DNA from: Gemmatimonadota bacterium
GTDB taxonomy: Bacteria; Gemmatimonadota; Gemmatimonadetes; Gemmatimonadales; GWC2-71-9
NCBI GenBank assembly: GCA_039933355.1
Contig: JBDTOH010000003.1
Span: forward strand, 1-32,082
DNA length: 32,082 bases
Direction of reading: 5' to 3'
Both the position numbers and the translations under genes were made by a program. The first letter of the stretch is position 1; each line of letters opens with the position of its first letter. Positions 8,137-15,790 of this stretch are shown piece after piece. Under the pieces are notes generated by a model. That model had not been told where the DNA came from. It did not search any database and saw nothing but the letters and a program-made list of their open reading frames with translations.

Positions 8137-8992
8137 CAACCGGCAGGTCGCTCCGAGCCGACCAGTCCTGGAACGAGCCGTCATAGAGCGCGGCTTTGTA
8201 ACCCAGCAGGCGGGCCGTGTACCAGATCAGGCTCGCCTGCTGACCGATGTGGCAGTAGGACACTACGGTGTCGCTGGGCTTGACGCCCGCGGCCTCGAAC
8301 TGACTTCGAAGGGTGCTGAGAGCCTTGAACTTGCCGCCCTCGGCGATCACGGATCCGAACGGCATGCTGGCCGCCCCCGGGATCCGGCCGCTCCGAGCCT
8401 GATGCGCATCGGCGCCGTAGTAGAAGGTGCTGTCGCGGGCGTCGAGGATTCGCACCTTCTGGTCGGTGAGATGATCGCGGACCCAGTTGGCGTCCACGAC
8501 GACGTTAGGGTGCAAGGCGAGCTTGAAGGAGCTGCGGGCCGGTGTGGGGACGTCGGTGGAGACCGGGCGACCCTCGGTCTTCCAGAGCTCGAGCCCGCCG
8601 TCGAGGATCGAGATCCGGCCGCCGAGGCCGGCATACTCGAGCGTCAGAAACGTCCGCGAAGTCGGACTGAAATACTCGCCGGCGTGGACCAGGACGACGT
8701 ACGAGTCGTTCGAGATGCCGTGCGCCTCGAGCACGGAGTCGAGCTGCGCCTCCGGCGGGAGCTCGAGCGCGAGCCCGCCCTCAACGTGAGGGGCCGCCAG
8801 CTCGCGGAATGGATTCATGAACTGAGCGCCCGGGATATGGCCCTGGTCGTATGCGGGCTTGCTCCGAGCATCCCCGATCTGCAGGATGACGAGCTTCGGA
8901 TCGTTGCGATGCTCAGCCAGCCAGGCGGTGGAAACCAGCATCGGGATATCGGGCGATGCCGCGGTGGCGGCGAGCAGCAAGGCGAGGATCAT
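8123..8992 (-). CDS. Exported two-domain rhodanese/sulfurtransferase (copy 2)
   Basis: GHIPGA, ILDGG, GRIPGA, YCHIGQQA and YDGSFQDW; signal peptide MILALLLAATAA; GGAG RBS. Confidence 0.9.
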   Translation of the reverse strand: MILALLLAATAASPDIPMLVSTAWLAEHRNDPKLVILQIGDARSKPAYDQGHIPGAQFMNPFRELAAPHVEGGLALELPPEAQLDSVLEAHGISNDSYVVLVHAGEYFSPTSRTFLTLEYAGLGGRISILDGGLELWKTEGRPVSTDVPTPARSSFKLALHPNVVVDANWVRDHLTDQKVRILDARDSTFYYGADAHQARSGRIPGAASMPFGSVIAEGGKFKALSTLRSQFEAAGVKPSDTVVSYCHIGQQASLIWYTARLLGYKAALYDGSFQDWSARSDLPVVTGH

Positions 8993-9056
8993 CGGCGTAG
9001 CTCCGGGATTGAGTCTGTCAGAGGATAGAGGCCGGGTCCTTCGGCGGCACCCAGCG

Positions 9057-9090
9057 TGCAGCGAACCGGTCGGCGGTTGCAGCCAACCGG
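9057..9090 (-). promoter_or_regulatory. LytTR-type operator (13-bp direct repeat, 21-bp period) upstream of sulfurtransferase 2
   Basis: Minus strand CCGGTTGGCTGCA-N8-CCGGTTCGCTGCA (12/13 identical); TATCCT -10-like hexamer 29 bp downstream (9022-9027). Confidence 0.7.
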
Positions 9091-9091
9091 G

Positions 9092-9874
9092 TTAGAGCGA
9101 TTGGCCGAGGATGGCTTCGAGGCGGCCGCGGCGGCTCTTGCTCAGCTGGAGCTTGGTCCCATCGGCCAGAACCAGCACGTGGTCGCCCTTGAAGTACGGC
9201 TGCAGCTCCTTGATTCGGTCGAGATTCACTATGGTCGAGCGGTGAGCTCGGAAGAACCGGGTCGGGTCGAGCCGCTCCTCGAAGTGACTCATGGATTCCC
9301 GGACGACATAGCTCCGTCCCGGCAGGTGGAGCTTGCTGCAGTAGTCGGCCGCCTCGATCCAATCGATGTCGTCGACTTTGACGAAGTGCGTGGCGGCGCC
9401 GGTCTTCACGACGATTCGGCTGAGATATTGGGCTTGCCGATCCGCGGGCTCAGCCGCCTGGAGCAGACGGAGCAGCTTGACTCCCATGGCGGTCGTGTCC
9501 TCGCGAGTGATCGCAGCCTTTGCCCGGGCGATCGCTGCGTGGAAGCGGGCGTCGTCGAACGGCTTGAGGAGATAGTCGACCGCGCTCACCTCGAACGCTT
9601 TGAGCGCGAATTGATCGTACGCGGTGACGAACACCACCGCCGGCATCTCGGCCGGGCCCACTTGGTCGATGACGCCGAACCCGTCGAGCTCGGGCATTTG
9701 CACGTCGAGCAGGACCAAGTCCGGCGAACGCTCCCGAATCGCCGTGACCGCCGACCGTCCGTCCCCGCATTCGGCGACAACCTCGATCTCCGGGTCGTCG
9801 CGGAGGAGCGACACGATTCCGCGCCGAGCCAGCGGCTCATCATCGACGACCACGACCCGGTGCGGCTTGGTCAT
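9092..9874 (-). CDS. LytTR-family DNA-binding response regulator
   Basis: REC domain (VVDDE, LLDVQMP, FVTAYD, YLLKP) plus LytTR domain (IDWIEAA, FFRAHRSTIVN). ATGA overlap with the kinase stop. Confidence 0.95.
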   Translation of the reverse strand: MTKPHRVVVVDDEPLARRGIVSLLRDDPEIEVVAECGDGRSAVTAIRERSPDLVLLDVQMPELDGFGVIDQVGPAEMPAVVFVTAYDQFALKAFEVSAVDYLLKPFDDARFHAAIARAKAAITREDTTAMGVKLLRLLQAAEPADRQAQYLSRIVVKTGAATHFVKVDDIDWIEAADYCSKLHLPGRSYVVRESMSHFEERLDPTRFFRAHRSTIVNLDRIKELQPYFKGDHVLVLADGTKLQLSKSRRGRLEAILGQSL

Positions 9875-11007
9875 GGCGAGGAGGCCGCTCGCTCCAGGGT
9901 CCACGGTAGCGTTAGGGTAACGATCGCGCCGCCCTCCGGACCCCCGATCAGGCTCAAGCGGGCCCGCGATCCGAACCGCTGGATCAGCCGGTTTCTCACG
10001 TTGGCGAGGCCAATGCCCACGCCCGACGAGGAGCCGCTCGGACCGGGACCGTCGTCCCGCACGCGGATAACCAGGTCGTCCCCGGTTCGATGCGCCTCGA
10101 TCTCGAGCCGGCCCGCGGCGGCGCGCTTGGCAATCCCGTGCCGGAGCGCGTTCTCGACCACGGGCTGAAGGATGAGATGCGGGACGATTGCGGCCCGAGT
10201 CGACTCATCCGCCTCGATCGATGACGTGAGCCGGTCATGAAAGCGGATCTGCTCGATCGCCAGATATCTGGCGACGAACTGGAGCTCCTCATCGAGCGTC
10301 ACGTCGGGGGTTCGCCCCTCGGCGAGCACTTGCCGGAGCAGATCGCTGAGGCCCGACAACATGGTGACGGCTTCGGAGCCGCGCCCCTCTCGGACCAGCA
10401 TCGCCACGCTGTTCAAGGCGTTGAACAGGAAATGCGGCTGGAGCTGGTTCTTGAGCGCGAGGAGCTTCGCCTCGGCAAGCTCCCGAGCGAGGAGCGACGC
10501 GGTGATGGTCTGCTCCCGGAACCGATTGTAATACTCCCAGGCGAGCACCGTGCTGAGGACGAGGATATACGTGAGGGAATTGGTCGCGATGGTCCACGCA
10601 ATGCCGACCCAGTTTGCCCGGTGCCCCACCACCTGGAACAGCATTGGGAAGCTGGCGGGATAGCCGAAGAAATGCTGGAGCAAACGGACGATATCGATAT
10701 GCAGAATGACGAGGATCAGCCCGACCGCCACATGCAGAGTGACCTGGCGCGTCATCGACCGTTCCGACCCGATCACATGGCGGCGGAGCCAGAGAGTCGC
10801 CGGCACCGCGAGCGCCCACATGAGCCAGTTCGGAAGCTCCCGCGCGAGCGAGTGGGAGATGGTCTGCCAATCTTTCGGCAGGCCGGGCTCGCCCATTTCG
10901 AAATAGTGCTGGCTGGCGGCGATCAACCCGAGGAGCAACGAGGTGGCGAAGAGCCACGTCGCGGAGACTCGCCTCGGGATCTGGGCTCGGGCAGAGGGTT
11001 CGGGCAT
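9871..11007 (-). CDS. LytS/YehU-like membrane sensor histidine kinase
   Basis: About 4 N-terminal TMs; LKNQLQPHFLFNALN H-box, LQPVVENALRHG, DDGPG and GIGLANV. Confidence 0.93.
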   Translation of the reverse strand: MPEPSARAQIPRRVSATWLFATSLLLGLIAASQHYFEMGEPGLPKDWQTISHSLARELPNWLMWALAVPATLWLRRHVIGSERSMTRQVTLHVAVGLILVILHIDIVRLLQHFFGYPASFPMLFQVVGHRANWVGIAWTIATNSLTYILVLSTVLAWEYYNRFREQTITASLLARELAEAKLLALKNQLQPHFLFNALNSVAMLVREGRGSEAVTMLSGLSDLLRQVLAEGRTPDVTLDEELQFVARYLAIEQIRFHDRLTSSIEADESTRAAIVPHLILQPVVENALRHGIAKRAAAGRLEIEAHRTGDDLVIRVRDDGPGPSGSSSGVGIGLANVRNRLIQRFGSRARLSLIGGPEGGAIVTLTLPWTLERAASSP

Positions 11008-11049
11008 GACGATGAAAGCTGAGCCGGTCTGGGCTGGAAGCGAAGCCCT

Positions 11050-11084
11050 GATGCCGGGAAGGCGGCTTCCGATGCCGCGAACGC
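11050..11084 (-). promoter_or_regulatory. Second LytTR-type operator (14-bp direct repeat, 21-bp period) upstream of the histidine kinase
   Basis: Minus strand GCGTTCGCGGCATC-N7-GCCTTCCCGGCATC (12/14 identical); shares the core GTTCGC(T/G)GCA with the 9057-9090 site. Confidence 0.65.
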
Positions 11085-11342
11085 CTGTCTAGCTGCAGGC
11101 GGCAAGGCGACCGGCGGCAGGTTAGCCTCTCCCCGCCGCCGGCGGCTCGAGCAGCGCGGCTTGTCGAGGCGGACATCGCGAAGATTCTCGGTGGGAATTT
11201 CCTCCGGTCTAGCGGGCGATTCTCGTCTGATCGGCGCCGCGCTAGATTCCCGAAATCGCCGAGGAGCCCCGGTAACCGATGCAGGGGACTTCTTCGCCGT
11301 TTCGCGAACGTGCTTGCTACCTCTTCGTAAGGCCGTGGCGTC

Positions 11343-11954
11343 ATGACCGACGAAGATCTCAAGGCGCTCTACAAGCACTACGAGTCGGTGCGCGACCCAC
11401 GGGCGCGGGCCGACTGCCCTTCCCCGGAAATGCTGGCCATCGTCGCCGAAGGCGGCGGTTCCGGCTCCGAGCGAGAGACGGTCCGCGGCCATGTCACCAA
11501 ATGCCCGCAGTGCCGGCGCGAGTTCGAACGGCTACGCAGCCTTCATCTGGCCCATGCCCCGGCCGGCGCGCTCCCCCGATGGGTTGTTCTGGCTACCTCC
11601 GCAATTCTGGTGTTCATCGGTGGGTTGTTAGTGGGTCGGCTCCTCTGGCCGCCAGGCTCCCTGGCTGCGACCCAGGAGAGCGCTTTCGCGCCGATCACGC
11701 CGAGCGGGGCGGTTGGACCGGCGGAGCGAGCATTCCTGTGGCGGGCCGACTCGGGGGCGCGGCTCTACCGCGTCACGGTGCTCGACTCTGCGGCGGCGGT
11801 GATCTGGGAAACCAGCGTCCCGGACACGACCGTCATGCTGCCGGACCCGATCCAACTGAGTCCGGGAGCCTCCTACGAATGGCGGGTTACGGCGCTCGGC
11901 CGAGACGGCACGGAGCATCGTTCGCCGGTGACCCGGTTCTCGATCAGTCGGTGA
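11343..11954 (+). CDS. zf-HC2 (HxxxCxxC) anti-sigma-like membrane protein
   Basis: DCPSPE..HVTKCPQC zinc motif, one TM and a beta-rich C-terminal domain (YRVTV, YEWRVTA). Confidence 0.75.
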   Translation: MTDEDLKALYKHYESVRDPRARADCPSPEMLAIVAEGGGSGSERETVRGHVTKCPQCRREFERLRSLHLAHAPAGALPRWVVLATSAILVFIGGLLVGRLLWPPGSLAATQESAFAPITPSGAVGPAERAFLWRADSGARLYRVTVLDSAAAVIWETSVPDTTVMLPDPIQLSPGASYEWRVTALGRDGTEHRSPVTRFSISR

Positions 11955-12000
11955 ATTGGAGCGGGTAGGCCGGGTACCTTCGTCGGGCGCCTGCGGAGCT

Positions 12001-12192
12001 CGGCAGCGGACCCGCGAGATCGGCCTTCGGATCGCGCCCGGCGCGACGTGATCGGGTTGGTGATGCGACAAAGCGGGCGAGCGGTCGGTGACGGCGCGGC
12101 GGTCGGCCTTCGTGGTCCCGGTCGCCGCGAGCTATGTACCGGCCCGTCGCGCGGCGGCGCTCGATCCGGTCCGGACGCTGCGCGAGGACTGA
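12001..12192 (+). pseudogene. Relic of the C-terminal FtsX domain of a MacB/ADOP-type ABC permease
   Basis: Frame-broken fragments RQRTREIGLRIA / RRDVIGLVMRQSG..GAAVGL / VAASYVPARRAAALDPVRTLRED*. There is no start, an in-frame stop, and internal deletions. Confidence 0.8.
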
Positions 12193-12195
12193 GAC

Positions 12196-13611
12196 CTAAC
12201 GCTGGTCGCGTCGAGGCGGCTCGTCGCAAACGGCCGGTAACCCTTCCAGCGTGCCCTTCACCAGCACATGCAGCGTGGCCGCCCGCGCGCATCCGAAGCC
12301 CGATCCGTGCGCGGTATTGGCGACCACGATGTGCCGGCTCACCGAAAGCGTCCGGGCGACTCGCGCACCCATCTCGGGCGGGGTCACCGGATCAAAGAAG
12401 CCGGAGAGCAGGAGCGTCGGAATATTCGAGCTGAGCGGGCGTCGCTCCGATTCGGCCACCGGCTTCGCTTCCCAGCCGGCGCAGGCGCCCCGGTACTCGT
12501 CCAGCAGATACGAACCGATGAAGCTCCCTTGATACTGCGCTTTCGCCGCATCGTCCCCGATGAATGGGATGTCCTCGGAGCAGAAGATGGAGAAGTGGAG
12601 TCCGTCGGAGAATTCCCCGGCGAAGCTCGCCACCCGCTCCCAATAGCGCTGGGCGAACTCGCTCAGGTCACTGCCGGCGGCGGCCCGGTGAATCATCCCG
12701 GGAAGGCCGCGCGAGGCTTCGGCGGAGTAGAGCACGCCCCGAACGGCATAGCCGAAGTCTCCCAGGCTCATCGTCACCGGGGCCGGTTCCGCACCGGCCT
12801 TGACGCGCACCGTGGCCTGGACCGGCCCTTTGCGGAACCGTTCGACGATCGTCGCGAAATCCTGGTCGAGGGTGGGGAAGGAGTCTCGGCAGGCGGCCCG
12901 CTCGCGGCAGCTCGCAAGCTGATGGTCGAGCGAGGCCTGAAGGGTCCGCGCGTAGGTGAGCGGGGCGGCGAAGTCGAAGGGCACGACGCCGTCGAGCACG
13001 GCCGCCGCCACCCGGTCGGGGAATCGCCGCATGTACGCCTGCGCGAGCCGGGTACCGTAGGACCCGCCCCACAGAATGACCCGGTCGTAGCCGAGCGCCT
13101 GGCGGATGTCGTCGATGTCGGCGACCGCGAGGTCGGTGCCGTAGAGCGTTAGGTTCGCCCGCGGGGACAGCGCTTCCCGGCAGCGCCGCACCATGTCGGG
13201 GTGGAAGACATGTCCAAAGGCGGCCGCCGGATTCTTGAGACCTTCGGTCTCGCAGTCGAGCGGGTTCGATCCACCGCTGCCTCGCTGGTCCACGAGCACG
13301 ATATCCCGGATCTCACGGACCGGTTTGAGCACGCCGCTGCCGAGCCCGGCGAGGGCGGTGCTGCCCTGACCGGGTCCCCCCGCAAACAGAAACACCGGCT
13401 CCTTGCCCGCCGGCAGCTGGGCTCGGAGCACCACAAAGTTGATATCGATCCGGCGGCCTGCCCGCGAGGCCCGGTCCTCGAAGACCGAATAGGTGCCGCA
13501 CTCGCTCTTGGGGCCGAGCTTGCTGGTCTCGCACGGATGGGTGACCTGGGCCGCACCGGCGCGGGCGACGCTCGCGATCAGGACTGTCGAGCGCAAGAAC
13601 CGGTTGAGCAT
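12196..13611 (-). CDS. Exported alpha/beta hydrolase, TAP-like peptidase (S33)
   Basis: AGGPG, VDQRGSG, nucleophile GGSYG, LDG, FDPVTP and AHG; signal peptide ending AGAAQ. Confidence 0.88.
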   Translation of the reverse strand: MLNRFLRSTVLIASVARAGAAQVTHPCETSKLGPKSECGTYSVFEDRASRAGRRIDINFVVLRAQLPAGKEPVFLFAGGPGQGSTALAGLGSGVLKPVREIRDIVLVDQRGSGGSNPLDCETEGLKNPAAAFGHVFHPDMVRRCREALSPRANLTLYGTDLAVADIDDIRQALGYDRVILWGGSYGTRLAQAYMRRFPDRVAAAVLDGVVPFDFAAPLTYARTLQASLDHQLASCRERAACRDSFPTLDQDFATIVERFRKGPVQATVRVKAGAEPAPVTMSLGDFGYAVRGVLYSAEASRGLPGMIHRAAAGSDLSEFAQRYWERVASFAGEFSDGLHFSIFCSEDIPFIGDDAAKAQYQGSFIGSYLLDEYRGACAGWEAKPVAESERRPLSSNIPTLLLSGFFDPVTPPEMGARVARTLSVSRHIVVANTAHGSGFGCARAATLHVLVKGTLEGLPAVCDEPPRRDQR

Positions 13612-13624
13612 TGCAGAGCCTGGG

Positions 13625-14617
13625 TTAGGCAAAGAGTCCCACTTGACCGCCCGTGTGCCAAAAAAGGACCGTTGCGTCGTGGGCGATTCGGCCGTCCTTG
13701 CAGTACTCGATCAGCGCCGCGAGGGCTTTGGCGGTGTACGTGTGGTCGACGAAGACCGCCTCGGTGGTGGCCGCCGCCTGCTGAGCGTCGATCGAAGCCT
13801 CGGTCGCAAGACCATACCCGGGACCGACGAACGAGTCATCGACCTCGAGGGCCGCATCGCGAGCGAGCTCGGCGCCATCGATGCCGAGCAGCTCGCCCAT
13901 CCCGGCCAGAATCCCGCGGACCGATGCTTCGACCGCGGCCGGTGGATCGTCCGCGCTGATACCGATGATGCGGGTGGAGAGCCCGTTGAGCGCGAGGCCG
14001 GCATGAAGACCGGCGAGCGTGCCACCGGAGGAGCTGGCAAGTACGATCACGTCCGGGGCCTCCTCCATCTGGTCGAGCATCTCTTCGACGGCGGCAGCAT
14101 AACCGAGCGCGCCGACCGGCGTGGACGCACCGAGCGGAACGATGTACGGTGTCCGTCCTTCGTGACGCAGCCGTTCGGCGGCGCGCTCCATGCCTGGAAT
14201 CCGATCCTCCCGGCCTTTCACGTATTCCACGGTCGCGCCGAGAAGGTGATTGAGCAAAGCGTTCGCGGTGTACCGCTCCGGCTTGGCGGCGTTGGTGACG
14301 ATGTGGCAGCGGAAGCCTAACGCGGCGGCCGCGGCTGCGGTGGCCCGGGCGTGATTGGACTGGAGGCCGCCGCAGGTGATCAGCGCGTCGGCTCCCGCGG
14401 CCCGAGCGGCCGCGAGGACGTAGCGGAGCTTTCGCACCTTGTTCCCGCCGAAGCCGAACGAGATCGCGTCATCCCGTTTGACCAGGATTCGCTGCGCTAG
14501 ACCAAGGATCGTCCGGAAGCGAGGCATCGCGTCGATCGGGGTTGGATAGGTCCCCAGTGACTCGGTCGGCTTGGCTCGAAGTGCGGTGCGGGCTGCTTCC
14601 GGTAAGATCGATGACAA
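13625..14617 (-). CDS. D-cysteine desulfhydrase family PLP enzyme
   Basis: KRDD..GGNKVRKL, QSNHAR and SSSGGT. DHTYTAK and HTGG have Thr at the positions where ACC deaminases have Glu and Leu. Start (TTG) uncertain. Confidence 0.85.
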   Translation of the reverse strand: MSSILPEAARTALRAKPTESLGTYPTPIDAMPRFRTILGLAQRILVKRDDAISFGFGGNKVRKLRYVLAAARAAGADALITCGGLQSNHARATAAAAAALGFRCHIVTNAAKPERYTANALLNHLLGATVEYVKGREDRIPGMERAAERLRHEGRTPYIVPLGASTPVGALGYAAAVEEMLDQMEEAPDVIVLASSSGGTLAGLHAGLALNGLSTRIIGISADDPPAAVEASVRGILAGMGELLGIDGAELARDAALEVDDSFVGPGYGLATEASIDAQQAAATTEAVFVDHTYTAKALAALIEYCKDGRIAHDATVLFWHTGGQVGLFA

Positions 14618-14667
14618 TGGCGTCTCAGCTGAAGAATTTGGAAATCGAAGAACAGTCGGTTAGGCGA

Positions 14668-15660
14668 TCAATGCCGTGCGAGGACAAATTTCTGAACGCG
14701 CTGGCCGAGCGCGTCTGCAACGTACACGGCCCCATCGGCTCCCACGGCGATGTCGTGCGCGACTCGGAACTGACCGTCGTAGTTCCCATACCGGCCGAAG
14801 GACGTGATCACCCTCCCGGTGCGATCGAGGACCGCAACGCCACCCCGATCCGGTGGAGCTTTGGGCTGATCTCCGCCGTCGGCGGCGAACACTCGGTCGC
14901 CGTGCACCGTGAGCGCGAACGGCCGTCCGATCCGGGCATCCTTCCACTCGGCCTGGAAGTGGCCGACGCTGTCGAAGACCTGAATCCGGCTGTTGCTGCG
15001 ATCCGCCACGTACACGCGCTGCTCCGCGTCGACCGCCAGGCTGTGCGGCAGGTCGAACTGGCCCGGGCCGGAGCCTTTGGTACCCCACTCGAACAGATAC
15101 GTACCGTCGGCCGCGAAGCGGACCACACGGGTGTTACGGTATCCGTCGCTGACGTAAAAGGAGCCGTCGGCAAGAACTGCGACATCCGTGGGCCGGTCGA
15201 AATGGGTCCGATCGTTTCCGGCCACGCCCTTCTCTCCGACGGTCAGGAGAAGCCGCCCGTCCGAGCTGAACTCGAGCACTTGCTGGCGAGCGACGTCCGT
15301 GAGCCACACATTGTCCTTGCGGTCGACCGTGATGCTGTGCGGCATGATGAAGGTCCCCGCTCCCCACGAGCGCAGGAAGCGACCCGACTTTCCGTCGAAC
15401 ACCGCGATGGTCGGGCGGTCGATGGGATCGGCGGGGAACGGCTCGACCCAGGTGCGGTTGGCGCGGTGGAAGACCAGCACCTCTCCCTTGGAGCTGACGG
15501 CGACTCCAGTGGCCTGTCCCAACACCTCACCCGCCGGAAGGTCGGGCCATCCATGAACCACCTCGTAGGCCGCCGCCGCCTTCTGGGCTTGCAGCGGGAG
15601 CGGCACCGCGAGAGCGACCAGCAGGAAGGGCACCGGCCATCGGGCGCTGGATTGTCGCAT
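14668..15660 (-). CDS. Exported NHL-repeat protein, peptidyl-alpha-hydroxyglycine alpha-amidating lyase (PAL) family
   Basis: NHL blades FIMPHSI, FDRPTDV, DGYRNTR, FDLPHSL, ADRSNSRIQ and FRVAHDI; signal peptide ending LQA. Confidence 0.85.
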   Translation of the reverse strand: MRQSSARWPVPFLLVALAVPLPLQAQKAAAAYEVVHGWPDLPAGEVLGQATGVAVSSKGEVLVFHRANRTWVEPFPADPIDRPTIAVFDGKSGRFLRSWGAGTFIMPHSITVDRKDNVWLTDVARQQVLEFSSDGRLLLTVGEKGVAGNDRTHFDRPTDVAVLADGSFYVSDGYRNTRVVRFAADGTYLFEWGTKGSGPGQFDLPHSLAVDAEQRVYVADRSNSRIQVFDSVGHFQAEWKDARIGRPFALTVHGDRVFAADGGDQPKAPPDRGGVAVLDRTGRVITSFGRYGNYDGQFRVAHDIAVGADGAVYVADALGQRVQKFVLARH

Positions 15661-15790
15661 CGAAATTGTCGCTCAGTGCGAGAGGTCGCTCGAATGTAGC
15701 GGCGGGCGCGCCTTGCCGCCCGCTTGCCGTCGGCTACGGTTCCCTTAGGTTCTTTCTGCCGGCCGTCTTCACATCTGACCCAGCTTGCCT

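Noticed and set aside
8504-9917. TTAGGG/TTAGGC resemblance to eukaryotic telomere repeats
   Set aside because: Copies are single and dispersed inside bacterial genes, never tandem.
13625-14617. ACC deaminase (acdS)
   Set aside because: The diagnostic Glu and Leu positions are both Thr (YTAK, HTGG), as in D-cysteine desulfhydrases.
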